A stretch of DNA of 16,991 nt, from positions 1 to 16,991 of the forward strand of contig JBJOKS010000052.1 of NCBI GenBank assembly GCA_046045965.1, in the 5' to 3' direction. This stretch comes from Cyanobacteriota bacterium. GTDB taxonomy: Bacteria; Cyanobacteriota; Cyanobacteriia; Cyanobacteriales; Nostocaceae. The notes beneath the pieces were generated by a model that worked only from the letters and a program-made list of their open reading frames with translations, searched no databases and was not told where the DNA came from. Shown piece after piece: positions 15,714 to 16,991 of the stretch. Every line of letters begins with the position of its first letter. Positions within the stretch are counted from its first letter, which is position 1. The position numbers and the translations under genes are program-made.

Positions 15714-16316
15714 TTAATTTTTGTACTCAATCTCAGTTAATTTGGTCGGTAAACTCAGAACAATACTACGTTTATGACGTGATATTTTTCCTTCTTCTTC
15801 AAATTTTTGTAATAGCCTTGTAACTGTGACTCTAGTTGTGTTTAGTACCTCTGATATATCCTGATGAGTAACATTTAAATCAATCAATTTACCCTGTTCT
15901 AAATCACGACCAAATTTTTCACCCAACCACACCAAAAATTTCCACAATTTTAGGGAAGTAGGTTTGCAATGCAATATGCTTAAAAGTTCTTCCGCTTGTT
16001 GGATGTGAGATAACAAAGCCTTGATATCTTCATGCCAGAGATGGGGCGGTATAATTGTTGCTTCCACACTTGTTAAACACTCAATTTGGTAGGGTTTAAC
16101 TTTTGACAAAGGATAGCCAACTATATCTCCTAAACCCCAATAACCCAAAGTGATAGATGTACCTTCTTCATTCCAGGTAAAACTACGAACTATACCTCGC
16201 TCAATCCGCCACAATACATCATTTCGGAATGGAATTATTGACCGACGAGTAAATAAGTTTTGGCTTAAATGTTTGTTTGTAGGGCAAATTAAGGTTTCAG
16301 TTGTAGAAAACGTCAT
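15714..16316 (-). CDS. Crp/Fnr family transcriptional regulator (short CysR-like type)
   Basis: LWRIERGIVRS...TLGYWGLGDIVG beta-roll and HTH THQDISEVLNTTRVTVTRLL. Confidence 0.92.
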   Translation of the reverse strand: MTFSTTETLICPTNKHLSQNLFTRRSIIPFRNDVLWRIERGIVRSFTWNEEGTSITLGYWGLGDIVGYPLSKVKPYQIECLTSVEATIIPPHLWHEDIKALLSHIQQAEELLSILHCKPTSLKLWKFLVWLGEKFGRDLEQGKLIDLNVTHQDISEVLNTTRVTVTRLLQKFEEEGKISRHKRSIVLSLPTKLTEIEYKN

Positions 16317-16665
16317 TTTTAGGTTAGATGGGTATAAAATGCAGATGCAGTATCTTGATAATTCATCAATAGAAAGTATCCATTGACAGAATTGATGATA
16401 ATTTTCAACTAAAATCTATAAATGTGCGTAAAATGTGCGTAAGTGCTAGAGTGTTAACTTGTGATCTTGCACAGTTTTATTCATTACACAAATTTTCGTA
16501 CTGGTTGATACCATCTTTCCAAAAAGATAGACGTGATCACTCATCACTTTAGTCACCCAAATGAATGGTTAATAGGTTTTAAACAGCAGATATTTTTCAG
16601 CTATCTTCCATTTACTCTAATATTTAAAGTTTAAGAATAGGTAAGCTTTTAGTGAAATGTAGGTA

Positions 16666-16698
16666 ACTGGGGACTGGGGACTGGGGACTGGGGACTGG
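16666..16698. repeat. STRR1-type heptamer (ACTGGGG) x4.7
   Basis: Direct tandem repeat; reverse complement is CCCCAGT. Confidence 0.9.
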
Positions 16699-16792
16699 AA
16701 AGATGAATCATCCAATTATCAATTAAGTAAGTTGGTAGGAAAAAACCGCAGCAAGTACAAAAATGTAAAATCGCTAACAGTCTTTCCCCTCT

Positions 16793-16897
16793 TGCCTCCT
16801 GCCTCCTGCCTCCTGCCTCTTGCCTCCTGCCTCCTGCCTCCTGCCTCTTGCCTCCTGCCTACTGCCTCCTGCCTACTGCCTCCTGCCTACTGTCTAC
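16793..16897. repeat. Heptamer tandem repeat (TGCCTCC/TGCCTCT/TGCCTAC) x15
   Basis: 15 consecutive 7-mers counted directly. Confidence 0.92.
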
Positions 16898-16991
16898 CGT
16901 TGGCCTGTAACAATATATGCGACTCGTTGACCAATATTAGTAGCGTGATCTGCCATGCGTTCTAAACATCGAATTGCTAATGTTAATAGTA

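Noticed and set aside
11580..16386. Plus-strand ORFs 11580-11852, 12356-12607, 13059-13430, 14952-15335, 15438-15740, 16150-16386
   Set aside because: All are antisense shadows of well-supported minus-strand genes.
16460..16548. CRP-like boxes upstream of the Crp/Fnr gene (TGTGA-N4-GCACA; CGTGA-N7-TCACT)
   Set aside because: Half-site spacing is 4 and 7, not 6.
16732..16965. 77-aa ORF with ASCLLP repeats
   Set aside because: Translation artefact of the TGCCTCC heptamer array.

Overview
AT-rich window from a filamentous heterocyst-forming cyanobacterium (Nostocales-like). The assignment is inferred from HIP1 GCGATCGC octamers, heptamer STRR repeats, a cyanobacterial SLH porin, and Hik2- and CCB1-like genes. 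The right two-thirds (5312-16316) is mostly core genome: serS, a Uma2 endonuclease gene, DUF3611, ccb1, DUF3155, a Hik2-like kinase, two paralogous envelope proteins, an SLH porin and a Crp/Fnr regulator. The left ~5 kb, between tRNA-Pro(GGG) and the 3' end of serS, is the main finding. It holds five co-oriented minus-strand units: three different PIN/VapC toxin-antitoxin pairs (the distal one decayed), a secreted glycine-zipper protein and a TM2 protein. Each is separated from the next by a copy of the same ~50-65 bp GTTAAA...GGTGC-N-GCACC hairpin junction. Three of the four junctions also carry a 156-bp inverted-repeat element. No recombinase gene is in the window. Supporting signals are a class II CRP-type promoter at the head of the array, loss of C-ending codons in the array-proximal 119 codons of serS, and integrase-arm-like repeats beside the tRNA. 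All product calls come from motif recognition by eye, not from database searches.
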